In this document: in pieces, positions 24,821-37,569 of the stretch
Numbering within the stretch: position 1 is the stretch's first letter
Layout: every line of letters starts with the position of its first letter
Assembly (NCBI RefSeq): GCF_006345805.1
Contig: NC_043001.1
Coordinates: 65,286,001 to 65,350,000 of the forward strand
Direction of reading: 5' to 3'
Source: Octopus sinensis
Taxonomy: Eukaryota
Length of the DNA stretch: 64,000 nucleotides
Notes under the pieces: generated by a model
Told to the model about the DNA's origin: nothing
Database searches by the model: none
The model's input: only the letters and a program-made list of their open reading frames with translations
Translations under genes and position numbers: made by a program

Positions 24821-25122
24821 AAAACAATAATTTATAAAAACAATAAAATTATAAACAATAAAAAATATAAAACAATAAAAATGACGTAATTGCACGTAAG
24901 GAAAGAAAATGAAAAAAAGAGAAGAGAAGAAAGAAGAAATAAAGTTGCTTGTTGCGGGAGGTGTAGAGGCAGACACTAAGAGGAGGGGGCTGTGTTAAGT
25001 CCGTGCGGGATATTAGTCCGTAAATTAAATATAAATCGTTGTTCCAGGTGAAGCCCGGATTGTGGAGGTCCGTTGTGTGGGGCGAGACCAAACACAGAGA
25101 TGTCACCGGGGGAATGTATATA

Positions 25123-25346
25123 TTTGTGTGTGTGTCTATGTTTGTCCCCCACCATCGCTTGACAACCGATGTTGGTGTGTTTACATCCCCGTAAATTAGC
25201 GGTTCGGCACAAGAGACCGATAAAATAAGTACTAGGCTTACAAAGAATAAGTCATGGGTCGATTTGTTCGACTAAAGGTGGTGCTCCAGCATGGCCGCAG
25301 TCAAATGACTGAAACAAGTAAAAGAATAAAAGCAAGAAAAAAGAAT
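25123..25346 (+). mobile_element. SINE family B, 3' half
   Basis: TTTGTCCCCC...CGCTTGACAACCGATG...AGTACTAGGCTTACAAAGAATAAG...GGTGGTGCTCCAGCATGGCCGCAGTCAAATGACTGAAACAAG. Confidence 0.8.
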
Positions 25347-25990
25347 GCCAAAATATTTAATAATAAAAAAATTAGATTTGGATTTTCAGTTTCTCCAAAT
25401 CTTTTTAGGATTTCTTTTAACAATAAGAAACTGGATCTATTCTATAATAAAAAAAACAAAAACTACCATAACTATACCTAGTATCTCCAATAATCCTACT
25501 ATTAACAACAACAATACTGTTAATAACCATAACTCTATTAATCCAACAAAATATAGATATAACACCATCACACAACCATGTAAATTGTAATTGTCGAGAC
25601 CCTAATACCTGTGAAATAGAGAGAAATTGTAAAATGAAAGAAGTGGTATACCAAGCAACTCAGGACTCCTCTAGATACATATACATAGGTTGCATACAAA
25701 ACTCTATTAAATCGAGAATTTATAACCTTAAATCTTCTTTTAGGGACCATCGAAAAGAGAATAGTACAGGACCGTCTAAAAAAATTGGGCACCTCAAAAG
25801 AAACAATATTAATTTCTCCATTTCTTGGAAAATCCTATCTTCTGTCCCCTCTTACAGAAACAATAATAAAATTAAGTTGGTTATGTTTAGAAGAAAGCGA
25901 TAACACAATGAGAATGAATGGAAATTTCGTTAATGAAAACATGACCAGATTCCTATTCAATCATCTAAAATAACTTTTCACTCTCCTTTT
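25347..25990 (+). pseudogene. Penelope-like element linker, Cys-rich region and GIY-YIG endonuclease
   Basis: AKIFNNKKIRFGFS, NCNCRDPNTCEIERNC, VVYQA..YIYIG, KSRIYN..SSF, NSTGPSKKI..LK, ISWKIL, and (frameshifted) WLCLEES. Confidence 0.85.
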
Positions 25991-27356
25991 GCTTAGTTTG
26001 ATATTTAAAAAAAATATATATCTATAGATTACCCTTTACTATGGAATATAATTACTTATCACATCCCCTTTACATTACTATCTTTGTACATTTTTTCTTT
26101 AACATTTCCTTCTGACAAATGCATGACCCACTACATATAGGGCCATCATTATCATGTCTTCCTACACTTTTTCTCTCCACATGTTTGGATAAAGGAAATT
26201 ATATTTTCCTTAGTATGTAATATACCTATACTTTTTTTGTATTTTATTTGCATACTGTGTCCATGTACTCCCTTTCTTGTACCTCCCCCCCTCTCAACAT
26301 ACCTATTCTAACAATGACTTGTTTATGTTATTAGTTACTATACCTTATAATTACGTATATTTTAATGCTGGCATATGTATACATGTATGGACATGTACGA
26401 CTGTAAGGTGATCTGCATGTCTACATTCAAGTCTTCTCCTTATTAGATTATATTTCTTCTATATTACGTGTCAATTTTTATACACTTATGTGTACCCTTC
26501 TACTCGTATTTTTTCATATATTTATACTGGCACGACACCCCAACAACTCGACCATTACGACCAAACTGCCATTCCATATCCTTCTCACATAAAATTAACT
26601 GGATTATTTCCTCTGAAATAATCTTTTTATATATATACTCTAATACACCAACAAATCCCTATCCAAATTTTTATTTTTTAACTCATTTATTTCTCTGCTC
26701 ATTTATCTCCCCTACATTTATTTTGGTCATTTTAAAATTCACTTTTTCATATATATAAACACAGCAAGTACATACTATTTTAATCGTAATATTAACTATT
26801 GCTTTTCTGTTTTTACTTATTTTTTCTCCTTTATTATTAATATGCGTTACCTAATATGATTTTTTATGCAAACATGAGTCCTTTATATACATCATCTTCT
26901 CTCTTTAATTCATTCTCATTCCTCTATATTTTGACATTTGTTTAAATTAACCGTCTAGTATTTGCTTCTTATATACAACTTCCTTGCGCTAAACTTCATT
27001 CCTCTGTACAGATTAAAAAAAAAACAATGCATTATACTATGCACTGATTCCAACAGTTAGTTTTAATTTTAGTTTAAATTCAGTATTGTCTTCCCATTGG
27101 ACATTTCTACAACTTATTTGCCCTACGCTGCTTATATGAAGCTATAATTCTAATTTCCATACTCATCTATAAAGGGAACGTCTCCGATACCTCTTTACTT
27201 ATATCTTCAAATAACCTTTGAAGCCGTTAGTTATGGTTAAATATCCAATATGACTCCCATCACTTTCTCACATGGCTACCAATATGACTCTCCTAAATCC
27301 AATTTTTTCTGCACTATTCCTTTTTAAGTTCCTTGTATTATGGTTTCTTTCCTTCC

Positions 27357-27408
27357 TGCACTGAAGAGTACGTCGATATTTAATCAATTTAATTCAATCA
27401 GGGATTTA

Positions 27409-27473
<65 letters not shown>

Positions 27474-27502
27474 TATATCTCTATATGAAACGATCGTCTG
27501 CA
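27357..27502 (+). ncRNA. Type-I hammerhead motif at the 3' end of the Penelope element, with (ATT)n inside domain II
   Basis: TGCA-CTGAAGA (27361-67)-GTACGTCGATAT...[(TAT)n 27409-27470]...ATATCTCTATAT-GAAA (27487-90), palindromic ACGATCGT, GTC site, then TGCA. Confidence 0.7.
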
Positions 27503-28290
27503 AGAATTAAACTTTTTATAAATTTTAACAACTTGTCTCCTCCATTTTAAACAAAATTGATGGGGTACATGCTACTTCATTCCCTAAATTCACCATACAT
27601 TATTTACAAGTACCACTTTCATATTTTCACAAATTTGCGCCTGTAAACTCCCAGCTAAGTATGAAGAATATATATCTATATACGCACTTACATACACACA
27701 CATACATATACACACATGCATGCATACACTTAATACACAGATCAGTGACGATAAATTTTAAATTTTTTTCGTTCATAATATAAAGGTGTAAAATACGTAA
27801 GTGCAGTAAGGCTCATCAGCTACACGATGCCAGCATAAGTTTAGTTGTCAGTCGCAAGACGGTATCATTCGGTAGCTGCTACCAGGCTTTTACGAAGTAT
27901 TTTAGGTAGCTATGTATATTCGCGATCAGACATAAACACTCTCTCGTCTAGCCCACTGTGGAACATCGAGGAAATAATAGATGAAGGGGGAACTGCACCA
28001 AAGTGCCTCCTCATTTTTATAATGAATGTCTCAGTCGAAAAATCGAGCCCATGACCTTCCGATTATAAGACCAAATTCTCTTACAACTGGGGCAAGTGCT
28101 TTCACCATATAAATGCCCGAGGTTACAGTAGAAGATACTTGTCCAAGATGTCACAACTGCAACTGTGTGTGTGTTACGAGGGCAGTAGTTAGAAGATTAT
28201 TAAAGCTACTGAAGCAATGCAGTAGTCTCCCTTACATTCCTCTCAAATGGAAGCTGCTTGTTTATAAGTAGGGATGTTATCCAAGTAATA

Positions 28291-28682
28291 TTCTATTCTA
28301 CTCTAGGCACAAGGCCCGAAATTTTTAGGGAGGGGGTCAGTCGATTACATCGACCCTAGCACGCGGCTGGTACTTAATTTATCGACCCCAAAAGGGCAAA
28401 GTCGACCTCGGTGGAATTTGAACACAGAACATAAAGACAAACGAAATACCTATTTCTTTATTACCCACAAGGGGCTAAACACAGAGGAGACAAACAAGGA
28501 CAGACATAGGTATTAAGTCGATTACATCGACCCCAGTGCGTAACTGGTACTTAATTTATCGACCCCGAAAGGATGAAAGGCAAAGTCGACCTCGGCGGAA
28601 TTTGAACTCACAACGTAACGCAGACGAAATACCGCTAAGCATTTCGCCCGGCGTGCTAACGTTTCTGCCAGCTCACCGCCTT
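28291..28682 (-). mobile_element. SINE A dimer (full type-2 copy plus headless type-1 copy)
   Basis: Two SINE bodies in tandem, flanked by a single 13-bp direct repeat TGTTATCCAAGTA (28275-87 and 28682-94). Confidence 0.85.
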
Positions 28683-28829
28683 GTTATCCAAGTATTATCG
28701 ATATTAAACTGATTGATTCATTTACTTCCTCAGGATATTGTTAAATTCTCTGCTTAAAGTTATCAGCCTTTTATTACTATCTAAATGGCAACGTCAGTTG
28801 CATGTATCTTTTATCTTTTTAGTGAAGGG

Positions 28830-29235
28830 TTCAGTTGAACAAATTGAACCCAGTACTTAAGTTTTTTGAAGCTTGATACTTATTCTGATGGGTCTCTTTT
28901 GCCGAAACGGGAATGTAGACAAACCAACATCGTTTGTCAAGCGGTGGAGGGGGATGAACAGAAACACTCATTCACTCACTCACTTACATACACACACACA
29001 GACACACACACTCACATTCTTTTCTCCTATTACTTGTTCCAGTCATTTGACTGCGGCCATGTTGGAACACCACCTCGAAGGGGTTTTAATGAAACAAATC
29101 GTCCCCAGGGCTTACTTTTTTTAAAGCATGGTACTTATTCTATCGGTTTCTTTTCCTGAGCTGCTAAGTTACAGCAACGTAGACACACCGACATCGGTTG
29201 TCAAGGGGACACAGGGTGGGGACAAACATGGACAC
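28830..29235 (-). mobile_element. Two diverged SINE B 3' halves
   Basis: Reverse complement of the SINE B tail (CAGTCATTTGACTGCGGCCATG..., GGTTGTCAAG). Confidence 0.65.
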
Positions 29236-29818
29236 AAAGACACACACGAATATTCTGAGCTCCTCTCTTCTCTTAATTTCCTTTCTCTCTCGCTGTCTGT
29301 CTTTCTCTGTTACCTTCCTTCTACTATCACGTGGTCCGTGAAGGCCTAAGGCGGTGTCATTCTTTTTCGCGTTGCCTTTGACCGGGCTGGTCACGATTTT
29401 CTGAGCTCCTCGCTCTACCCCTCCCGTGCCTATAGTCCTTTAGGACAGTTTTCATTTTTCCTTCGCGTTACTCATTTTTGTCCTGTCTTGCAGCCCTAAG
29501 ACTTTGTTTTTGCTGTATATGTATTATTATCATTTTAATCGTTGTCTTCCTGTGGCCCTAAGCCTTTATCCTTTTTATCCTCGTCCGTCTCGAGCGTGTC
29601 TCGTTTTGTTATGATTTGGTCCTATTCCCGGCAAGTTTCTTGCCGTTACCCCCAGAGTGGAAGCAATATTATCGATAACGGCAGAAATTGCACTTGATCC
29701 TCTGGCCGATAACTGAAGAGGAGCTGGTGACCTGTGTTTCCTGTTCGTCTGTGTACTTAGTGTACTTAGTATATGTTCGTATGTTTATTTACTATACGTT
29801 TTTCTAATCATATATATA

Positions 29819-29887
<69 letters not shown>

Positions 29888-30454
29888 TAGATATGTCATA
29901 TTTTTCGTTTCTTATCTTTTTACGTAATCCTGAAAATATTATTTATGTAACGCTCGCACTCATTAATTTTGTAACCTATACATATATATGTGTGTGTGTG
30001 TGTATACACATAAATATATGCACACATACACGCACGATGGGCTTCTTTCAATTTCCCTGTACCAAATCCATTCACAAAGCCACGCCTGCATATATATAAT
30101 ATATATGTGTATTTACATGAAACCTATGTAGTAGGAATACAAAGAAAGCAAATGTGACTAATTTCTCTCTGGACTGAAAAAGATGAGGAACAGCCTCAAT
30201 CGATTTTCGAACCTTATTGGATTCTTATCGGAAGTGTCTTCGTCAATTTGACCAATCCCAGAGAGCAAAAAAAAAAAAAGGCAGTCATGCTGTTTATCTA
30301 CTCGACATATCTAGAAGCTATAGAACACTAACTTGCATACCGTATGCGTTTAACATTTCATATAATATCAGGACCTAGCAACGAGGATCTCTGTCTGCAC
30401 TGTATCATGGTATGATAAAGCATATATAATCTATGTGGTAGATATATAAACTGC

Positions 30455-31760
30455 TCCTTCTAAAGTATTTTGCGTAGGATATGAGCAGTTCCCATGAGCA
30501 CTATCTTTTGAATTTCTGCCATTTTGGGGTTTCCTGGTATCTGAGTTAGGTAGCAATCAGCCCCTTTTGCTATCATTCCCAGATGACAACAGATATTGTT
30601 TTAGTCTTCAGGTTCCACATTTTGCTGATTTCTATTTCCAGATCTTTATATTTGCTCAGTTTCTGGTAGGTCTTGACAAATACATTTATATCGATTGGGA
30701 CAGTCATATCAATGAGGAGGCATGTTCTTTGTCTGAAGTCTTTTACTATGATGTCTAGCCTATTCGCGTCTATCTTTCTGTCAGTTTGAATGGTGAAGTT
30801 CCAGAGGAGTGAGATGTGGTCATTTTCAAGCACTGGAGGTGGTTTGTGTTCCCACCAGTTTTTATCATGGGGCAAGTCCAGGCTTCTGCAAATTACCCAG
30901 TGGATATATTGTGCAGCTCTATTATGCCTATTGAGATACTCTGTAGGCGCAAGAAGACTGCACTTGGAGACAACATGATCAACGGTTTCATTTTGTTGTT
31001 GACATACACGACATGTTGGGCTACTGCCGTTCTTTAATTTGTTGGCCTGGTAGTTTCTTGTAGGTAGGCATTGATCTTGAGCTGCTATGATAAACCCTTC
31101 TGTTTCAGATTTTAAGCCAGAGGCCATTAGCCATTGATGGGTCAGGGCTTTGTCAACATCTGCATTATTCACTCTCTTTGTGTATTTGCCATTGAGAGGT
31201 TTTGCTTGCCATTTATCATTCAGGATATCTAAGGCAGCAGTTCTAGCACGGGTTTTCATGCGCTTAGCTTTTTCTGTGCTTGTTTCTTGTGTGTCTTCGT
31301 CAATTTGACCAATCCCAGAGAGCAAAAAAATCTGGAATTTGTTGTATTCGGAATTCACTTAGATATTCCTTTGCCTGTTTTGTTACTGAGTATGATGCTT
31401 TCTTTCTTGTTTTCATGTTTTGAGACAAGTTTTAACATCCAGTCCTCAGAGTTTTTCAGGTAGGTGTCTAGGCCAATTGTAGCAACCTTCATTGTTATTG
31501 CCAGTTGTAAAAGCCTACGGCTTCCCTCTTTTCTTGGTAGATAAAGTCGATCTATATCTGCCTTAGGGTGGTGCATTCTATGCATTGTCAACAGTTTTCA
31601 TATTTTTCTGTCAAGATTACATATTTTAGTAATTGACCAGTTAACGATATTGAAACTGTAAGTCACGACTGGTATGGCTAAAGCATTGATCGCTTCGATC
31701 CTGTTTCTTGCATTCAGCTCTGTCTTGAGTATTGCTCTTACTCTGCGATAACATTCTCTC
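30455..31760 (-). pseudogene. R4/Dong-type (RLE) non-LTR retrotransposon, C-terminal fragment
   Basis: HPKADIDRLYLPRKEG, KSETEGFIIAAQDQ, CCHC knuckle CRVC..ETVDHVVSKC, RHN, and the RLE motif ANRLDIIV..LIDMTVP..KLSKYKDL. The 5' break lies at (AAT)n (31761-31790). Confidence 0.85.
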
Positions 31761-31939
31761 AATAATAATAATAATAATAAGAAGAAGAAGACAATAAAAT
31801 GTCTTCAAAAACTGATTGCAATAAGCTCGGGGTTTCTTCTTTTTCAATCTGGGTTAATTTTTTTTACCTTCTGTGTCTATTATTATTATTACTGCCCTAC
31901 GAGCTTTATACTTCAATGCCAGTCTTGTTTGCGGGCCTC

Positions 31940-33420
31940 TTTGCAGACGTCTACCTCAATTCTTATAGTGTGTCGCTAATCATGCTCAACACTATCGCGG
32001 TAATATCATCGGCGTAATTAGACACGCTTCTTCCACGCCCTAGATCACGCAAGACACCCCTCAAAGACTCCAACTTCCGCAGCAGTGGCTCAAGAGTTAG
32101 TACATACAGAAGGGAGGAGAGGGAGTACTCTTAACGGACCGAGCGCAAGATTCTGAATGGTTGTGAAAGGTAACCATTCACCGGAACAACCTAACAAATG
32201 CTGCTGTACAAAGCAGCGATCCAACCACGAAAGGCCAGACCTCAACTGGCAACACAATGGGAGAATCTCCACTTTTGTTTGTTGAGGAGTGGTGGAACTG
32301 CTGAGAAAGGACCCAAACAAGGGGTATGTTATAGAAAATTTTACGCCCATCACTCTGCTCAATGCAGAGTTAAAGATTTTGACCAAGGTGTTAGCCAAGA
32401 GGTTGGGGCTTGTCGTGGACCAGCTGATTGGCAAGGTGCAAATATGCGCCATCCAACCAGGGCTATTCACAACAATCTTCACCTCATGCGTTACATCATA
32501 GAGAGGGTGGGTAATGAAGTTGGCATTTACTTTGATCAAATTAATTCAATCCAAAGTCTTTGATAAGGTCTACCATCATATTTGGCAGCTGTTCTCAGAG
32601 CAACCGGTTTCGGTCCGGCCTTTCGTGGTTGGATCGCTGCTTTGTACAGCAGCATCTATTAGGTTGTTCCGGTGAATGGTTACCTTTCACAACTATTCAG
32701 AATCTTGTGCTCGGTCCGTCAAGAGTGCTCCCTCTCCTCCCTTCTGTATGTACTGGCTCTTGAGCCACTGCTGCGGAAGTTGGTGTCTTTGAGGGGTGTC
32801 TTGCGTGATCTAGGGCGTGGAAGAAGCGTGTCTACTTACGCCGATGATGTTACCGCGATAGTGTCGAGCATGATTAGCGACACACTACAAGAATATGAAA
32901 CGGTGGCAGGAGCCAAAATTAACGCGGAAAAGTCACTGGGCTCGCATTTCGGCACCTGAAGAGGCAAGCCCATGCCGTCCAACAGCATCGTCGGGCGCTG
33001 GACAGACGGTCCTATTAAATTGTTCAAGGTCCGGACCTCCAGGTGGAGAAAAACTGGGACGTGGTGACGGGCCAATCTCACCGAGAAATGGGTCGAGAGG
33101 AAGCTGTCCCTGAAAGGTCACGTGGAGGTAGCGAATGCGTACATAGCATTCGTCATCTATTACTGTTTGACCATCATCCCTTGCTTTGTTTGCCGGTTGA
33201 CCAAGCTGGTGCGCTTACTCTTTCGCTCTCTGTGGAAAGGTCACGTTCCACTGGTCAGGCGTTTCATCTGTTATCAAGAGACGCTCTTTGATTGAGCTGC
33301 AATCCTGGATTAGGCGTAGACTGAAGAAGGGCGCTTGGCACCCCTCGAGTGTCGTGAAACGCTCACAGCCCTCCACTAGGCGGGCGATGCAATCGGCAGT
33401 AGTTCCACTTTAGCATTCTA
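31940..33420 (+). pseudogene. Tx1/L1-like RT fragment with an inverted duplication (31955-32245 vs 32610-32900)
   Basis: NFTPITLLNAELKILTKVLAKRL, HNNLHLMRYI, QSKVFDKV, SVRQECSLSSLLY and YADDV. Multiple stops and frameshifts. Confidence 0.82.
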
Positions 33421-33960
33421 TCGAAGTTTAGTAAGAACTGTATTTTCACTGTTATCTCAGCTGCTATTTTCCATGACCCGTCTTTTGATAGCTTCAAGCT
33501 CTACTTCTGTGAACCAACAATTTTTCCTTATTGCTCTAGCTTGATTACATAGTCTCTTATCTGTGAGTTGAAACAATCCCTTTTCTCTCCAATGATCATA
33601 TATACGTTGTCGGTAACCCCTAATTTGAGCACCATTTTCATCTACTGGGCTGCTCAGGTAGTAACACTTCATGACCACAGCATTAATTTGCTTGCTCCAT
33701 CTACGCCGTGTGTGATGGTCCCTTTCTGGATATCGAAAGGCTGGAGCCGGACCAGAATCTCTGAGCCTACCGGATGTAACACTGTCACCATCATTGGCTT
33801 CAGTTTCATTACCACCATTATTCACGATATTTTGTTTTTTCATTGTCACTCATATGAGGTAGCGATTATCAAGTTGTGCAATTACCAGTGTTTTTATTGT
33901 GACACCATCATTAGATGTATCATTAATCAACCCATGATGAGGAGGAGGCTCCACCCGTTT
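33420..33960 (-). pseudogene. R4/Dong-type retrotransposon, N-terminal fragment
   Basis: RRRWSKQINAVVMKCYYLS..RGYRQRI...RLCNQARAIRKNCWF.EVELE. Preceded on the minus strand by TAA/TGA triplet repeats. Confidence 0.7.
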
Positions 33961-34449
33961 CCTTTCATTATTATCATTATTATAATCACTGATAACTCTG
34001 ATATTGTTGTTTTTATGTGTAGTAGCAGCAGTGGTTGCAGCAACAGCAACAGTAGCGTGGGTGGGGTAGTGGTAGGGGTAGTGGTAGGGGTGGTTGTTGG
34101 GCTTCAGAATCCTGTGCTATCATAATAGTAGTAGTTGTAGTGTTAATGTAGTGTTAGTAGTATTGAGTATTAACAGCTGCAGCATATTATTATAACTTTA
34201 ATTTTTATCATTATCACCACCACCATTGTTTTAGGGAAAGGTTGGGTTGCAGTTTGGTGAATAGATCATATTCTACAGGTCTATAAATAGATTCGGCAGA
34301 TGGTAGGGAGGTCAGCCATAGAGACAAAGGACTCTTCGCACTTTTTAGGTCAGCAGAGGTCAAATGTGTTTACTACTACCAGTGGATACTGGGAGCGCTG
34401 CCTTGAAAAGAAGCAATTCAACCTGTTCTATTTGTAATTACTGGTAGAA

Positions 34450-34496
34450 AAAAGACAATAATAATAATAATTATAATAATGATAATAATAATAATG

Positions 34497-34536
<40 letters not shown>

Positions 34537-34550
34537 TAATATATATATAT
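34450..34550. repeat. (AAT)n microsatellite
   Basis: Direct reading of the sequence. Confidence 0.9.
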
Positions 34551-34556
34551 ATATAT

Positions 34557-34722
34557 TATTTCTTTATTGCCCACAAGGGGACACACAAGGACAGACAAAC
34601 GGATTAAATCGATTATATCGACCCCAGTACGTAACTGGTACTTATTTAATCGACCCCGAAAGAATGAAAGGCAAAGTCGACCTCGGCGGAATTTGAACTC
34701 AGAACGTAGCGGCAGGCGAAAT
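34557..34722 (-). mobile_element. SINE family A lacking its head
   Basis: Reverse complement of the SINE A body and type-2 tail. Confidence 0.8.
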
Positions 34723-34729
34723 ACCTGTT

Positions 34730-35100
34730 TCGGATCTTTTCTTTTTGAAAGCCAGATTTTAAAGATTTTTCTAGTTAACTAAATAATTTGAAACTTCGTA
34801 TACTGGTAGAATGTGTCAAAAGAAAACAATAATTTCAAGTAGTTTTTTTGACAAAAATGTATTTTATAAGTTTAAACATAGTTTAAATCTGCGAATTTTA
34901 ACCAATCGTATTGTCTGTTTTCATTTGAAATCAGTAACTGCATAATGTTACTGTGACGTAAACAGCTATTTTGTGACGTACTTAACGTTCGTTTGAAAAT
35001 TGTAAACAATGTGGGTAACAAGTAAGCCTTTTATACTATAGCAAATTATTAGATATTGAGATCTTTACTCAATAAATGAAGCCAAGTATATTTAGAATTT
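34730..35100. repeat. Unclassified interspersed repeat (second copy at 63250-63542, inverted)
   Basis: Shared GATCTTT...TTTTGAAAGCCAGATTTT...GAAACTTCGTATACTGGTAGA...TGTGACGTAAACAGCTATTTTGTGACGTA. Confidence 0.7.
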
Positions 35101-35913
35101 CAGTTTGTAATTTTCATTTACAAAATAAAATTTTTATATTTTCGCCACACCTCTATATCTTACGAAACTTCAATATGTGGTAACGCACCGTTTGGGAACC
35201 CACGTTCAATTTTCAGCTGCAATCCTAAAATCATAATAACAATTCGAGTAATAACAGAAATCCTTTGATATTGGTATACGATATCATTCACCCACGCAAC
35301 CCTCCTTCATGACATAGACAAAAAAAGCCAGGCTGAAACAAGCGGGCAAATGACATCGTCCCCTCATAACTGACACTGTATATCAAAGTTTTTATTTTGT
35401 TCTTAAGAATTGTCTGGGAACATGACAGTTATTGGTAATTATGAACGTATATGCAACACGAAATAACTAAACTGATTTGAATATTGTTTTATTTTCTTCG
35501 CATATATCCACATGTTCTTAATATTTTACACACGTGGACTCGTATCATTTACTTTGATAAAATTTTACTCGAGCACATCCGAATCATTTGCTTTGTAAAC
35601 AAACAGGATAATTGAGTGCACTGCAGTAGCACCGTAATTATATTAACATTGGTTCATTATTCTTCTGGCATAGGCCAATGCCTGTTGCTGTAGATTTCCA
35701 GCTCAACTTGTTTTATCGACCCACCTGTAACTGGCATATTTTGAACTTAATAAACATATATATGTAAACCTGAAAACATCTCGAGTATGTTATATATTTG
35801 TAGGGAACGGACGTGAAACCCAAGGCAATCCCATAAATCGGCCTTATCTAACTTTAATATATACCATTCTATAACTTAGAGTGGGCTTCTTTTTTCGGAT
35901 TTATGTTTACGGA

Positions 35914-35965
<52 letters not shown>

Positions 35966-37569
35966 GTGAAAGTAAAGAATACGTACACCTAGTGTTTGGG
36001 GTTAGGGTTTAGGATTAGGATTTTTGTTACGCTGAAAACAGGTAGTGGGATCTTTTCTAAAAGATCCATATAGGATCTTGCATCACAAACTGTAATATCC
36101 TGCTTGCATCTATGTACCCTACTTTCAAATGTATTACACACCTGTTGCATAATTCTTGTGTACTTTGCATTTGCATCACAAATTGTAATATCCTGCATTA
36201 AAATTGATTTACTCTTTATTTGGTTTTGTTTCTGTTTTTGTTTACATTGTGTGCATGCCTTGTTATGGTTTATGTTAGGGTTAGAGCTATGGTCTAGAAT
36301 TGGCAACAGATAGCATACTAAATTGTAAATGGCCACGTTTACTGTATGCTAAACTGGCACTAGAGATTTAATGAAACAGTTTACCTATCAGAATTTAGTT
36401 AGCATTGTCAACACACTTCACATTTCTCTGTTTCTGTGGTCAATGAAATAAAACACTAGATAAGGAGTGGGTCAATATAGTTGACATTATTTCCTCCTAT
36501 AAAATTTTTGGCTATGTACCTTTCTAAGAAATTCTTATTTGTATTAATATAAAGTGCGAGCAAGAGAACATCTACAGGCTTTCCTAAACTGTTAATGTGA
36601 ATGTAGATGATGTCTTTTCTCAACTTGTGTAAATTAATGTCTGATGAGAATGTGATTCCATGTAGAAGCTGCCATTCTGGAGATAAATGATTGGCTAAAA
36701 TATTTAGTAAAAGGGTTCTAGCTGTGAGACATGTTAAAGATGATGATGTGGGCTCAGTTTTGATATAGTTTACAGCTTACTAATTCACAGGAATAGTAGT
36801 GGGTGTTAGGGTTTTTTTTCCCATGTTTTATTTGAACAATTTGGCTGGATAAAGGGGGCTGTATCCTTGCCTTTTGCATTCCTTCTGAGACAAGAGCTGT
36901 GCCTTCAAAACTGGTAAGATTGACGTAGTTGATCTTGAATAAAATGTGTGGATGGCTGCAGAGGAAATAACATGGACAAGGGAATTTCAGAAGACTGACA
37001 ATCTGGTAAGAAAGAATTTAATGCTTAGTTTGCAGGTGAATTACATGCTACGTGATCTTCGAGCCTTTTGTCGCCAGATGCTGTAACATGGTTTGTATCC
37101 AATATAGTAGTACCACCACTATTGCGATAATGGCCTGAAATATGTGGTACCAGTGTGATAAAATAAGATAATGCAGCAGCAATAACAACATAACTATTTC
37201 TCAAGAACCAACAAATATTCCAAATGAACAAACCAACCCACACTCTCGAACTTCACTATGAAATAACACAAACTATATACACTCTCTCGGTTCAGTCCAT
37301 TCCTCACAAGAGGGTACCTTGGCTCTCATCACAACACTGAGAGTGTAAGGGGTTACTAACTTTGTTCTGCCGACAAATTTCCATTTATTTATTCTTAAGC
37401 TTCTCTTACTGCTAGAAACCACCTCTGCCTGGTACTGGCATTTATGTGAACAATGTAGACAATTGACAAGTATCAAATGCCATAATACATAAATTCATTA
37501 TTTATTAAAATTATCTTCAATTGTAGAAGTATCATAATTACTAAATGGTAATCAATTAGCATATTCAGG

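Noticed and set aside
29660-29740. GAAA...CTGAAGA as a permuted hammerhead
   Set aside because: I could not find complementary stems I, II or III.
33313-33372. CTGAAGA...GAAACGCTC hammerhead-like motif
   Set aside because: Stem I does not pair and stem III is not palindromic. It appears to lie in the continuing Tx1-like ORF2 coding remnant, so it is likely coincidental.
35989-36336. 115-aa ORF next to GGGTTAGGG-like repeats
   Set aside because: It has an internal duplicated block and no recognisable domain, so it is probably a non-coding repeat. The telomere-like tract is only about three degenerate units.
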